NCBI GenBank assembly: GCA_951406725.2
Contig: OX597815.1
Span: 35,484,001 to 35,732,000, forward strand
Reading direction: 5' to 3'
DNA: 248,000 bases
Source: Octopus vulgaris
Lineage: Eukaryota
Numbering within the stretch: the first letter of the stretch is position 1; each line of letters opens with the position of its first letter. The notes below the pieces were generated by a model. The model ran no database searches and was not told the DNA's origin. It was given only the letters and a program-made list of their open reading frames with translations. Positions 14,278 through 29,479 of this stretch are shown one piece after another. The position numbers and the translations under genes were made by a program.

Positions 14278-15841
14278 ACCCACCACTCGTCAGTCGTTGT
14301 TGGCTTGTTGACGTTCCCGTTGTACAGTGCGGTTCGGCAAAGAAACTGATAGAATAAGTACCAGGCTTTAAAAAAAATAAATGCTGGGGTTGATCTGCTC
14401 GACGAAAACCCTTCAGGGCAGAGCCCCACCCTCTCCTATATGGCTGCAGTCCAATAATGAAAGCAAGTAAAATTAGTTTCTTCTAATTAGGTTGATTAAT
14501 CTACAATTCGACGAGGTGGAAAATATGGCGATTTGAAGTTCATGACATTTCTAAGGATATTATTGGAGTAGATGAAATGAAATTGCTTGCAACCAAACAG
14601 TGGTCTTGACTCGGGACTAAGAAGCCTCTGCGTAGTCGCTCAACCTGCTAGAAATAGCAACCAAGTTTCTGGCATTCCGTCGGTTAATACGACGAGGGTT
14701 CCAGTTGATCCGATCAATGGAACAGCTTGCTCAAGAAATTAACGTGCAGCTGAATGAGTACTCCACAGACATGCGTACCCTTAACGTAGTTCTCAGGGAA
14801 ATTCAGCGTGACAAAGAATGTGATAAGTCTGGCCCTTTGAAATACAGGTGCTAGTCATTTTTGGCAGATGAGCGACTGAAGCAACATGAAATAAAGTGCT
14901 TTGTTCAAGGACACAACAAGTCCTGGGAATTGAACTCACGATCGTAAGGTCGTGAGCCGAATACCCTAACCACTAAGCCACGCGCCTTCACTCCGAATTT
15001 CTAATGCCTTAGAAAAATAGGCTTATTTGATAATTTGGTGTTGAAAAATGAATCGAGAATGGAAGGCATTTCATATAGATCGTCTCGATATTGGTTAAAC
15101 AGCTGGAAGTAAATATCGAACTCGAAATTTTTGGTTTGCTTTTGACAACATAGGAAGGTTCTGAATTTTAAGAGTAAGATTATCCATTGTTGTGATGTTC
15201 ATGCATCAACAAAAGAGTTTAGTAACAAGGTAGATAATCCTCAGCATATAACTGATACCTTTGAATCTCTAATGGCATATGTGGTGAATAAATATAATTC
15301 ATCATTCAGGATGATACGAACTCGGTACCTCATGTGGCCTGCTCTAAAACACCGAAGTTAAACGTCTCTAAAAATTTACTCCGATATCTACCATTCTCAC
15401 CAAACTCCCAATCTACAGAAAACACTTCTCAGAAAACATTCATACATTCATATGGATATACAAGAAATATGGGAAAGCATTGTATGTTAATATGTCAAAG
15501 ATTTAAAGGAAGATTGTGAATGTTATGTCGAGGAAACTTACTCAATATATTGGACTACTTCCAAATAAGATGAAGAATTTATTTCTATTTTCATTTGTTT
15601 ATTATTATCTTTTTTTTTTTTTTTAGATTTTTCACAGTTTCTCAGCATTATATTTTATTTGATTTGATGTTGCACTATAAATGAACTTGCAGTTATTTTA
15701 GTTAGGGACTTTTTTTTATCTTTTATTGGAAATATTCAACGCTTCTGAATATATCAATATATGTGTTAGTTTCTGTAAACATATAAATATATATATACAT
15801 GTATGTATGTATGTATGTATGTATGTATGTATGTATGTATG

Positions 15842-15945
<104 letters not shown>

Positions 15946-16012
15946 ACATATATATAGATATATATATATATATATATACATATACACTGATACATATATA
16001 TATATATATGTT

Positions 16013-16044
<32 letters not shown>

Positions 16045-16048
16045 CACT

Positions 16049-16127
<79 letters not shown>

Positions 16128-16181
16128 TGCGTTAGATTAAATGTGTATATTGAAATCCATAAACACATAACTCTCACTCAA

Positions 16182-16213
<32 letters not shown>

Positions 16214-16453
16214 CCTTCTCTCTCTATATATATGCTCACACATAAACACCCCAACACACACACACACACACACATATGGGAACGGCTTTTCTTTCTATGT
16301 TCAACTAAAGACGACTGGGTTTGAGTTTAATCTTTTTTATTAAAGCTTTTTCATATTTCCTTATTAGTCCTTTATCTTATTGTGAATGCGAGTGTATACG
16401 TGCATCTATGTATATACACATACATATATATATGTGTGTGTGTGTGTATGTAC

Positions 16454-16523
<70 letters not shown>

Positions 16524-17128
16524 TATACATACTTATATGTATAAAATGCATGTGTGTGTGTGTGTGAGTAAATATAAGTATACGTATGAATGAAACGGAC
16601 TTAAATGTTGATGTTTCTTTTGTAAATATTGGATACCACGTGACAAGTAACACAAGGAATGTGATTATATTTTGTTGTTGGTTCGTTTGTTTTTATTTAG
16701 TATTTCTTCCGTCACCATAGTATCGGCTTCATTGATAGAGAAAAACATCTTGGAATATATTGATCGGCGGCCATATTGATTCCCTCTTACTGCACCCCCA
16801 GCGCCAACCTCTCGCGCGTGCAGGTATACGTAACAACAAACGTACGCATCCAAACAAAATAACGCGTTTACACGTTTACATACATGCATGTAAGAGTGTA
16901 AATACATAAATATACACATGCGCATATGCACACACACACATATATATATATGTATATATACACAAACACACACACACACATATGCATATATGCATATATG
17001 TACATATGTATCCACACACGCTCAAATACATGTAAACACGCACACACACACACACACATATATATACACACACACACACATATATATAGACACACACATA
17101 CATACATAAAAGGTTTCAAACGAACCAA

Positions 17129-17183
<55 letters not shown>

Positions 17184-17402
17184 CTCTGTGTATGTGTGCA
17201 TATTTGCATGTGAATGCATATGCATATATGTGTATACGTACACGTGTATATGTGTATGTACATTTATATATAAATATCTATGCACCAATACACATGCGTA
17301 TGCACGTATATGAATCCATATATATATATATATACACATACATATCTGATATATAAACATGATTTATGGCTATTATATTGAAAGAATATACTCCCTCTAT
17401 GC

Positions 17403-17443
<41 letters not shown>

Positions 17444-18319
17444 CAAATTTGTATAAGACTGCACGCGCGCACCCACGCTTACACTATATGCCATGAATCC
17501 TACGGAATCACCAACACCAAGACGATCATACACGTGAATGTGGCAACATCTGTCTCGTCCAGACATTTGATACTGCTCCAACAAACAAACTTAATTCAAT
17601 ACGCTGCCAATAGATTATATTTGAAATTTATCATAAAATCTGTCAATGCGTATTTTACATTTAATACCATTGCTGTGGCTCTGAAGAATTCTTCCACCTA
17701 TGATTACAATGAAATTGGCATCTTTATTGTATTGGAAATTTCAAGAACTTTTCAAGTTGCTTATTTGTTTATTTATTTAATTACTTATATGAATGTATGT
17801 GTGTGTATGTGTTTGCGTGTGTGTATGTGCGTGTATAGTGTGTGTATGAATATATATACGTACATACATATATAAATGCATATGTATATAAATAAATGGA
17901 TGTATATACATATATATAACATATAATATATATGATATATATGTGTGTGTATTATATATATAATATGTATATATATTATATATATGTGCGTATTATATAT
18001 GATATATATATATTTATATATGTATATATATGTATTATATATATGTGTGTGTATGTATGTATGTATGCATGCATATGCGTACATATATATGTGTGTGTGT
18101 GTATGTATATATATGTATATATATATATACATGTATGTAGGTAGGTAGTATGTATGTATATATATATGTATGTATGTAGGTAGGTAGGTAGTATGTATGT
18201 ATATATATATGTATGTATGTATGTATGTATGCATGTATGTATGTATGTATGTATGTATATACATGTGTGCATGTCTATATATGTGTGTATGTGTATGTGT
18301 GTGTGTGTATGTGTGTGTA

Positions 18320-18421
<102 letters not shown>

Positions 18422-18731
18422 GCTATTCGTCAAATATTTTTCTACTTCCTTTCTCTGTGTGTGTTCGTGAGAGCAGGTTGTTTAAAGATATCTACTCAAC
18501 TTTCTGATCAGCCAGATTATTTTCTCTTAATTTTGAATATTTACACACACAAACACACACAAACACACACAGATGTATGTATGTATGTATGTATGTATGT
18601 ATGTATGTATGTATGTATGTATGTATGTATGTATGTACGTACGTACGTACGTACGTATGTATGTATGTATGTATGTATGTATGTATGTATGTATGTATGT
18701 ATGTTTGTATGTATGTATGTATGTATGTATG

Positions 18732-18765
<34 letters not shown>

Positions 18766-19564
18766 TGTATGTATGTATGCATGTATGTATGAATGAACCT
18801 GTGCTATGCATGTATATTCAATAAATCACGAATTTATCTGGTATGGTTCTAAATATACCAATATTCGTATTTATTGTCTATATTTATGCTAGTAGCCGCT
18901 CAAAGTTATTTTTTTAAACTCATTTTCTTTTGATATTACAGACACACACACTCGTATAATTCTTATATATAGGCATGTATGTATATATAAGAATTTGATA
19001 AACTCTCGAGAGAACGGGAAATAATACTTTTTGGGAATAGTATTTCTCGAAGTGCACACGTAAAGCTATAAACAACAGAATGTAAATATTGGGTCGAAGA
19101 TCCCTTTGGGAGAGAAAAATTCGAAGGCATTTTCGACCAGAATACCAGTACGCTTGGTGGTTAGGGTGTCAGCATCATGATCGTAAGATTGTGGTTTCGA
19201 TTCCTGGACCGGGCGACGCGTTGTGTTCTTGAGCAAAACACTTCATTTCACGTTGCTCCAGTCCACTCAGCTGGCAAAAATGAGTAACGCTGCGATGGAC
19301 TGGCGTCCTGTCCAGCTGGGGAACACATCCGCCATTGAAACCGGGAAACCAGGCCCATGTGCCTGGCTAGGCTTGAAAAGGGCGCATTTATTTTATTATA
19401 TATATATATATATGAAGAATCTACTAGAGTAGATGCAAGCGCTAATATATGATTTATAAAAACATGTGACGTATTAATAAAAATCTGTAAATGTACAACC
19501 ATCCAGATTTCCGAGTACCTAATTTTTTCTAATATATAATACCTGTACATCACCTCCAAACCTA

Positions 19565-20255
<691 letters not shown>

Positions 20256-21582
20256 CATATATATATACATACATACATACATACATATATACATACATAC
20301 ATACATACATATATACGCACGCACACACACGCACGCGCACACACACACACACACACACAATCGTCACTAAATGACTGAGGGTGCAAGTCAGCACCAGCAA
20401 TGCTAGAAGTAAGAGTCAAAACAACTCTTGGTCCGTGGCTAAGAGCTGTTTTGACTCTTATTTCAAGCGGCGGTGATAGTGGTGCTTCTGATGGGGTAGT
20501 GGTAGAGTAAGAGGAGAGAAAAACGACTGCTAATTCGCTGACCATTTATGTTCTTAAATTCGGTGAAATCTCTTTAAAACGTACTAGAGGTGTCCGAGTT
20601 AACCGAATGTATGCGTTAATTGAAGATACGGATTAGTACTGTATGCCTAAACGCTATTGAAGACATCTATACTGTATGCTAGACATGATTGAGAGTAACA
20701 AGATTTCAGATAATATTGTAAACATCCTACAACAGCGGTATTTTTGGCTTTTAGTCAGGTCTCCAACCGGCTGACAAATATTGGCAGACTTGCTCTGTCA
20801 ACAAGAAACTCAGGCTATCGGAGCAGGATTCTGATTGTAACTTATATGATAAACAATGAAGCTGAGATCTGTATATTTTATAAACTTATTTAACTTTACA
20901 GTACGCCTAAACCAAAAAGTTTAAATGGTAAATGGTAGATGTGTTTGATGTCATGATGTCAGAGGCGGAGGTGAATATGAAAACTATGTTTCATTGACCC
21001 TAACCCCAACTTCGTAGAAGTATGGGATCAATGTGGAAGGTTTAGGTCAATAGCAGGTGAGTCAAGTCATCAATAACAACAGCAGGCTGTGTACTGCTAC
21101 AGCAGGGTTGGAGTGAATTGGCTTGAAAAATGAGTCAATTTCCGGTTGTTTCCCTTGCTGAAGAAACCATTTCTGGAGAATGAGTTCCCTGAAATCTCTA
21201 AGGAGTTGATGATATTACTGGATATAAGTTTCAGTATACGAAATATTAATATGCAGGAATTCCTGTATCACAGAATTTGAATTTCTTGGAAATTGATTCG
21301 TCGTCTATCTCTACTGTCGCCAACGAGAATTTCATCAGCTATTTGTTCTCTTAAGATTATGTATCGAGTCACCCTCTGAATTCTAACCAGGTTCTGATAT
21401 AGTCTTCTATTGTAACGATTTTACATTGAAAATTTCTTGCCTTGAATCCTTCAAAATCATTTTCTATCTCAGCATCGTACAAAAATATTCTTTCAATCTT
21501 TGGCTAAAGAGGCAATCTTCGGTGTTTTCCAAGAAACTACTAAATAAAATATTTCAAATATAAGGTCTTAATGTTATTGAGG

Positions 21583-21717
<135 letters not shown>

Positions 21718-21799
21718 GTTATTTCCGAAGATCGTCTTATGCCACTATGTGAAGTTTAGCCAATTATATTCGTTGATATGATATTTCACAGGCTACAAT

Positions 21800-22650
21800 T
21801 ATACCTTCGTCCATCGGCTGACTCGTGGAAGAAATATTGGCTGGCCAGAACATGCACATTATATTACTATTATTGCTGCCAAGTTGATGACGTTTGAGCG
21901 AGTAGGTGAGTTGTTCAGAATTAGAATCATTGTCACCTTTTCAGCGAAAAGTTTCAGGTTCTTCCCTAGTTGTAACCCAAGGCAGTAACGAAATGCGGGA
22001 AACGACAGGTATTAATGATGTTTGCTGGGCCACGGTTTCTTGGAATGGCAAAAATATACTAATAGATTGTGCTTAATATCTATCAAAACTTGCAGACATG
22101 TTGATCCACTGCCATCACTACCACCAATAATTTTAAAAGACACATATCGAAAGTTTTTACACAAGACAGCGCTGAAAAACGCGCCTTATTTTATTTGGTG
22201 GATTCGTTTTTAAAAGTTAGGGCATTCTGGGGTAGTAGCACCAATACAACCCAATTTTAAGGAGCCCTTCGCAAATAATTAAATCATTTGATCGCTACTT
22301 GAATGGTCAAATTTCGTCGGTTAGTGCACTGTCTTCTTCACCATGTGAAATTTTAATCCATTCCATAGCGATTTTTAAATTGCTATACATACCCGTTACT
22401 AGCTTTGACTGTCTTGATGTCTATGTGCCTAACTAGTTTGGCAGTAGCCCTTTGAATTTCTGTACCACAGACTTCGTTATTAGAAGATTGTTGATGGATA
22501 AATCACTTCATCACTGCTTCCTCAAGATTTGTATATTTTGAGTCTCTCGCACGCTTCCTTACACCAGCAAATGATGATTTATAATTTGCATTAATATTAT
22601 ATTTCAAAGAAAATGCAGTTGAGTTTGTCCTTTGTCCAAATCTGTTTACT
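21800..22650 (-). mobile_element. Tigger/pogo transposase remnant
   Basis: Minus strand KRARDSKYTNLEEAVMKxFIHQQSSNNEVCGTEIQ resembles the CENP-B-type HTH; disrupted. Confidence 0.55.
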
Positions 22651-23595
22651 TTTTAACACCACACTCTTTACAAACTCCTACCATCGAAGCACCAGCCTCT
22701 TACTTCCTTATATGTTTCAGTTTCTGATTCACAGAGTCACATGCTTCTTCTATAAATCATTACTTTCCCGTAAAGCCAAAATGTTAAAACACAAGGCTAA
22801 TAGAAACCTAATCAACGAATATTGCATCTAGAGAACATGAACGGCATTTAAAGCTCCTATCTGCAACGAAGTTGCTATTCTAATTACTGGCCAATTTATA
22901 AGAGAAACATGATTCTGTTGAAACGTGACCAATTTCTCATCAGAATCTAAGAAATACAGTGTTCATATGACCAATTCCGATATTTTCTCATGTTTTGGAA
23001 GATCGACATAACATTAGTGCCCAGTGATTTGATAGGAAAAACAATGTCGGCTAACCATTTTAATGTATATTTTTTTTATCACTTCTGCTAATTCTTCAAT
23101 CAGCTTTGAGTGGATATTTAAGCAAAAATCAAGTCAGAACTTCTTACATTCATCAAACGAAATCAACCTGAGTCGAGAGTTTAAAATCTATTGAACCAAG
23201 AGAAAGCTTGAACCACATTGAAAATCAATCTTATGCTGGTTGACTTGCCATCTTGAAATCATCTATCACACAAGTACCAAGATACATGCATGAATATACT
23301 CAAAGACTCATTATCTGTTCCGATTTGTGAGCAGAACCAACCAAAAGGGACCAAAATAGTTTTAATGCCAACAACTTCATCACTGGTATATATTTTTGTA
23401 GAGCTTTTCTACACATATGTGATTATATTGAAAGAACTGTTACTGAAAATTCCGTCATTGAAAACTTTTACTGTTTCATGTGTTCTATAGAATGGCAAAA
23501 ATGTGGTCTACCCCATCTTTACCTATTGGTTTGGTTTAGTAAACCTATAACTGCGGTCACATTGATACCCGTACCATTTTACTGACAATTTGGCT

Positions 23596-23726
<131 letters not shown>

Positions 23727-24126
23727 TGTTTGTATGTGGGTATGCAACGATGAATTGATGTCAATGCGTTACAGCTGTTTCAAAAGAATTTTTTAATTGA
23801 TTAATGAATACATTGTATCATTATAAAAAAAAACTGTTTTCTTCAGATGAAAACATGAACTATACAATTAAGGACGTTTAAAAAATTTTTTAAACTCCAC
23901 GGCTTGTGCATATTTTGTGATTCCACAACGCTGGTCGCAGAATGAGTTTATAACCTGAATATCTTTCTGCTTTTACTTCGGTACCAATCTTTGTATTCGT
24001 CTATAGTTGCTGGGTATGCATTTTAATTTTGACTCAACCCGATGCCTTACCATTTAAATGCCTTATTCACCTGAATTTTAATATAGATAGATAGCTAGAA
24101 AGATATATATATATATATATATATAT

Positions 24127-24199
<73 letters not shown>

Positions 24200-25899
24200 C
24201 AGATAGACGGACAGACAGACAGACAGACACATACATACATACATACATACATACATACATACATACATACATACATACATACATACATGTGCGTGTGTAT
24301 TATGTATGTATATGTATCGAAAATTCATTCCACAGCATGATTATGTTTTTAAACATATTAATACTGCATGAAACTTTGAGTTCTAAGAGTACTTTTCGGT
24401 GTTTCTTTAAGTCACCTTTACACACGTATTTTACATTGTATGTGACAGCAACGACTGGACTATTTCAAAAACTATCATGATAATGGTATATTAAACACAT
24501 ACAATAGACGCATGCTGGTAATCCATATTAGATGAGTCACAAATCGTGACTTAACCTACCGGTAAAGTCACAACTAAACGATGTCTCGAGCTTTTTTACT
24601 GTATCTTGAGTAAGGGAGCCGTCTTGATTTTGTTCAGAGATTCAGCTGTAAATACAGTGAGAACTAACTCCGCTTTATCACCCCTGCTTCTATTGCATCG
24701 TTTCTCAGTTTTATACAAAAACTTTATTGCGATCAAATAATCCAGGTGACGCTGAGAATGAAGAACATAAAAACAGCTGGTTAGTCTTGCTGAGTTTCGT
24801 GATTAAAATCTGCCTACAGTTCCGAAACTGCAGTATGAATTGACTACAGTTATTGCTTCTTCACCGTTTCCTGTCCATATCACGCATGCTGACATCGTGT
24901 TAAACAATACAAGCTGTAAACAATTGCCACAATTATAAACTACCACTGCCATGGTTAACCGTGCTACACTTGATGGCTACATGACAAAATGTTAATATCT
25001 TTCAACAACGACAACGCAAGAACTTTATATTTTAAGGAGACATGAAATGGAGAATGATTTCCTTGATGGCAAAAGTGACACAAAAGAAATGATGTGAAGA
25101 AAAAAGAAATTAACAAGAACAGTTTCTATCATAAGCGCAAGGAAGCCATTAAGTCAAACCCAGTATTTGACTGATGGAATTCATTTTGTCGACAAAGGAG
25201 GGGGAAATGGCAGATCCTATCAGGCGAAATTTGAACTGAGAATGTAAAAACGTTTAAGAAAATATCGAAAAGCAATCTGTCAGCCTCCCTACCGTTTCTA
25301 CCAAATATGAAATTTTAAAAATGACATCAATTATGAGAAAAGTAATTTAAGTATCTTTACAAATGATTTCTAACAAAGGCATAAAAGTCACAAAATTGGT
25401 GTGAGTGGGGGATGTAGTCGATCAAATGGCGGTTTCAAATTTGAGGTACATGGTTTCAAATTTGGTTGGAGGTTATGATGGTTTAAATCGATTCCAGAAC
25501 TTGACTGTGGCTTTATTTTATCGAACTTTGCAGGATAAAAGTCAAAATTAATGAAAATAATAATAGTAATAAATAATGTATATATAAATATATTTAAGTA
25601 CAAAACCAGTGAATTTTAATGGGATGTATAAGTTGATTTTAGGCTTTGTGCTTATAATAAAAGGTATTATTATTATTGAGTGAGGGGCATTGTATACCAT
25701 CAAAGTGATACTGGGGTAAAATATCTGAATCCCAGTATAGCCATCATGACTACCCGTCTAATCGGGGTACACCAGGCACACGAATCACAACTATATGACC
25801 TTGCAGGTGAGACCCAGTTAGAATTTTCTTCGGGTCGAATAGCCCATCCCGCTTAAAAGGTCCCTGCATAAGGGTTGTTTAACTATGTTTAACGATATA

Positions 25900-27260
25900 C
25901 CCACTACTACAGGTGCTGTTGTTGCTGCAGGCATTCTAGCTTCTATTATTCTGTCAGTCTGAATGTTAAGATCCCACATCTTATAGTTCTTACTTTCTAG
26001 CGCTTTACTAGAATCACTTTCATACCACTTATCAGTATGATCACATCCTAGCTTTCTAAATAACTCCCAGTGGACGATTCTCCCTAGGTTTCATGTCCTT
26101 TTTGTAGTTCTTCTGTACCAGCATACTACATTCACTAGCTATACGAGTGACACCTTCCTCCTTTAAGTTACATAACCTACACTGGAAATCTACCTAATTA
26201 TTAATCTCCCTCGGTTTTTATCTAGTTAGTCCTCAATACCTGATCTTGTGCTGCTACTAACAAACTTTCTGTTTCTCTTTTCAACCTTCCTTTCTGCAAC
26301 CACAATCATTACTATTTTCTGCAAATATCTTTGCAAATCTACAATGCAAAGCCTTCTCTAACCAGTCAGATGATCTTGCTTCCTTTTTCCGGTTTCTAAC
26401 TGCATTTGACTTTTTGGTTTCCCTATCTCCTACTTTTACACTAGCAGCTCTTGATAAGATTTCCTCACTCTTACCTGCATAGGAGGCTATATCTACTGAT
26501 ATTTAACTTCTTCCACCTTCTTTTCTAGATAAATGTAACCTTGCTACTCCTACTCTAGGGTGAACTCCTTCATTCATACTGAATTCTTTCCTAGTTTTTC
26601 TGCCTATATCTGCTAATTTAAGTTTTGCCCAATTTACAAAACCTGCTGACTAAGTAACGATACTGCCCAAATATTTACAGCCTTCACTAGATTCGGACCA
26701 TTTAACTTCGACTTCATTAATTTCGTCATCCTTCTAATTTACTCCTCAACTATCTCTTTCATTTCTATAGTTAGTACTCTGTCAGATTCTAAAACTCCGA
26801 GATACTTCTAACTTTCACCTTCTTTAAACGATTTTAATGTCTGGTCATCTGGTAACTGAAGGCCTTCACTGCTGACTACCTGTTCTTTTTTATGACTAAT
26901 ATCACGTTCTTATCTATGCCAAATTCCAGGGCTACCTTGTCGTGACTGTGCTTTTACTCTTTCTGCACAAAACTGCCACAAGCGCTAACGATGTGAGACC
27001 TTCTTCCTACACATTCTGAAGAGGTTCGTTTCACTTATGTGGTATCCCTTTTCACTGACTTGGTATTCAATGCCTGGCCCTGGGCAGCGATGTTCAAGCT
27101 TTCAGTGCTCTTTTTAAGGTCACCTTTGCTGAGCCACATTGTTGTTAGTTTAAGTTGTTAGTTTAGCGATGAAAGATAAAACTGACCATGTAGTTCCATT
27201 CGGAGTAGTGCTTCTTCTCTCTCGTTGGCTATTCGTGAACGGAATTCATTTGCACTCTCA
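25900..27260 (-). mobile_element. Degenerate R4/Dong-like RLE LINE fragment
   Basis: LLRMELHGQF and QQCGSAKVTLKRA (WL..GDLK..TE-like) segments match the better-preserved copy at 236208-236771. Confidence 0.55.
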
Positions 27261-27686
27261 ACTTCATTGTTGGTAAAACCTTCTGCATTAACAGCAGGTT
27301 CTGAGTTCAAATTCTGCCGAGGCTGATGTTGCCAGACATCTTTTCGGGGTCGATAAAAATAAGTAGCAGTTGAACACTGGGATCGATGCAGTCGACTTAC
27401 CCCCTCTCCTTCAAGAATTGCTGGACCTATGTACCAAAATTTGAAACCACTATTATTATTAGTCGCTGCTGACCGAAGCATGTGTTAATTACAAGTTGCT
27501 CTCTCGGAAACAAAGGGTTTTAACTAATAAAGAGTTTTGTTTTGATTTCTTCTGTCTTTTTTTTTCTACCAAAACTAATCGCATAGAGATAACTTCCTAA
27601 AAATTGGAATCTCCACCTACTAGAGTTGGGAAAAGAAAAACTAAGATTTGTGCTTCAATTTTTGAACCAAGTTTTTCTATAATATT

Positions 27687-27803
<117 letters not shown>

Positions 27804-28640
27804 GGCTACGAATGTTCTGAGTGACGCCCCCAAAAAGAAAACTGATAATTAACAAAATAACACATTTCATTAAACAGAATACAGACAGGAAAAGATTAGT
27901 ATGTTGATCGCACAGCAAAATATTAATGGTGATCATGATCAAAAACAAAACACTATTTTAACATCCAGTTTGAATATCTCTGCTGAAAATGCCGACAAAA
28001 ACAACAACAGCTCTGTCACATACACACTGTCTTTGTCAAACGAAAGCATTTCGACGTTATCGCCTAGTAACAGCATCTTCGCTAGTATTTTAAATAATAC
28101 AGAATTCCTGGACATGAAACTTTTTTTTGTAGAAAAAAGTCAATTTGGAAAAGACACGTTTCTCAAAACAGCATCTCACTCGTCGAGTAAGCAAAGAAAA
28201 ATGTAGTCTACTTCTATTTCTTAAAAGATGGAGAATATTTTCAAATACTCTCAAAAGTACAGTTGGTTTAATCAACAGTTCTCTGTCCCTAATTTGTGAC
28301 ATTGTCCCTAAATTAGAAATAATTATATACTAGTGGGAGCCTGGGAAATTCCACAGAATGAAACAGATTAAGAGAAGATACTTAAGAGAGAAAGGATGAT
28401 TTGCATTTTCATTTTTATTTGGCTAAGTTATTTCACTTCTAGTCATAATAATGATATATTAGAGGATTTTAAGATTCCTCTCTTCTAGGCACTTTAACAT
28501 TTCTCTCTTTCTCTTCACCTCTCACTTCCACTAACTCTCTCTCACTCTCTATCTCTCTCTTAATGTAACTGCCTCCCTTGCCCATCTCCCTTTATCTGCC
28601 TTTTTTTAACCTCACCACCAGAACATTACTCTCTGATAGT

Positions 28641-28965
28641 GAAGGCGCGTGGCTTAGTGGTTAGGGCATTCGGCTCATGATCGTAAGGTTGTGAGTTCGA
28701 TTCCCGGCGACGCGTTGTGTCCTTGAGCAAGACACTTCATTTCACGCTGCTCTAATCTACTCAGCTAGCAAAAATGAGTTGTACCTGTAATTCAAGGGGC
28801 CAGCCTTGTCACACTCTGTGTCACGCTGAATCGCCTTGCGAACTACGTTAAGGGTACACGTGTCTGTAGAATGCTCAGCCATTTGCACGTTAATTTCACG
28901 AGCAAGCTGTTCCGTTGATCGTATCAGCTGGGACTCTCGTCGTCGTAACCGACGGAGTGCTCCTT
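28641..28965 (+). mobile_element. tRNA-derived CORE-type SINE (family B2)
   Basis: Box A TGGCTTAGTGG, box B GAGTTCGATTCC, core TCCTTGAGCAAGACACTT, tail CGTCGTAACCGACGGAGTGC. Related copies at ~14640-14990, 19150-19380, 34920-35240, 85505-85810, 151090-151375, 226380-226610. Confidence 0.8.
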
Positions 28966-29479
28966 TCCTCTCTGATAAGTATTGTATCCCCAACATATCT
29001 CTTTTCCTTTGCCTTTCCTTAAAGTATGACAGCAGAGCAATGATAAAACCAAACAATACTAAATGCGGCGGAGACATGTCTATATCGTAAGACGCATGCT
29101 TCCCAACCACAGGGTTCCCAGTTTAGTCCCACTACATTGGACCTTGAGCAAGTTTCTTCTATAACCCCGGGCAGACCAAAGCCTTGAGCAGATTTGTCGA
29201 CAGAAACTGAAAGTCTGTCATATGTGTGTGGAGTGGGGTGTTATATAGATATAGATGTATATGATGATGGACTCTCCTGACGTGTTCGACGTATGAGGCT
29301 CCGACAACGTACTCTTTCTTTGCCATTCATAATGCCTATATCGAATGTGACATTTAAGTCACGTCAACGATTTGCAAAAAAGGCCACAGATGTTACAAGT
29401 ATGAGGATTACAGGTCAGTGCAGATGATATATTTGCAGCCGCTTTTTTCCTTTGCCTTGCACCCCGAAGCCTGTTAATG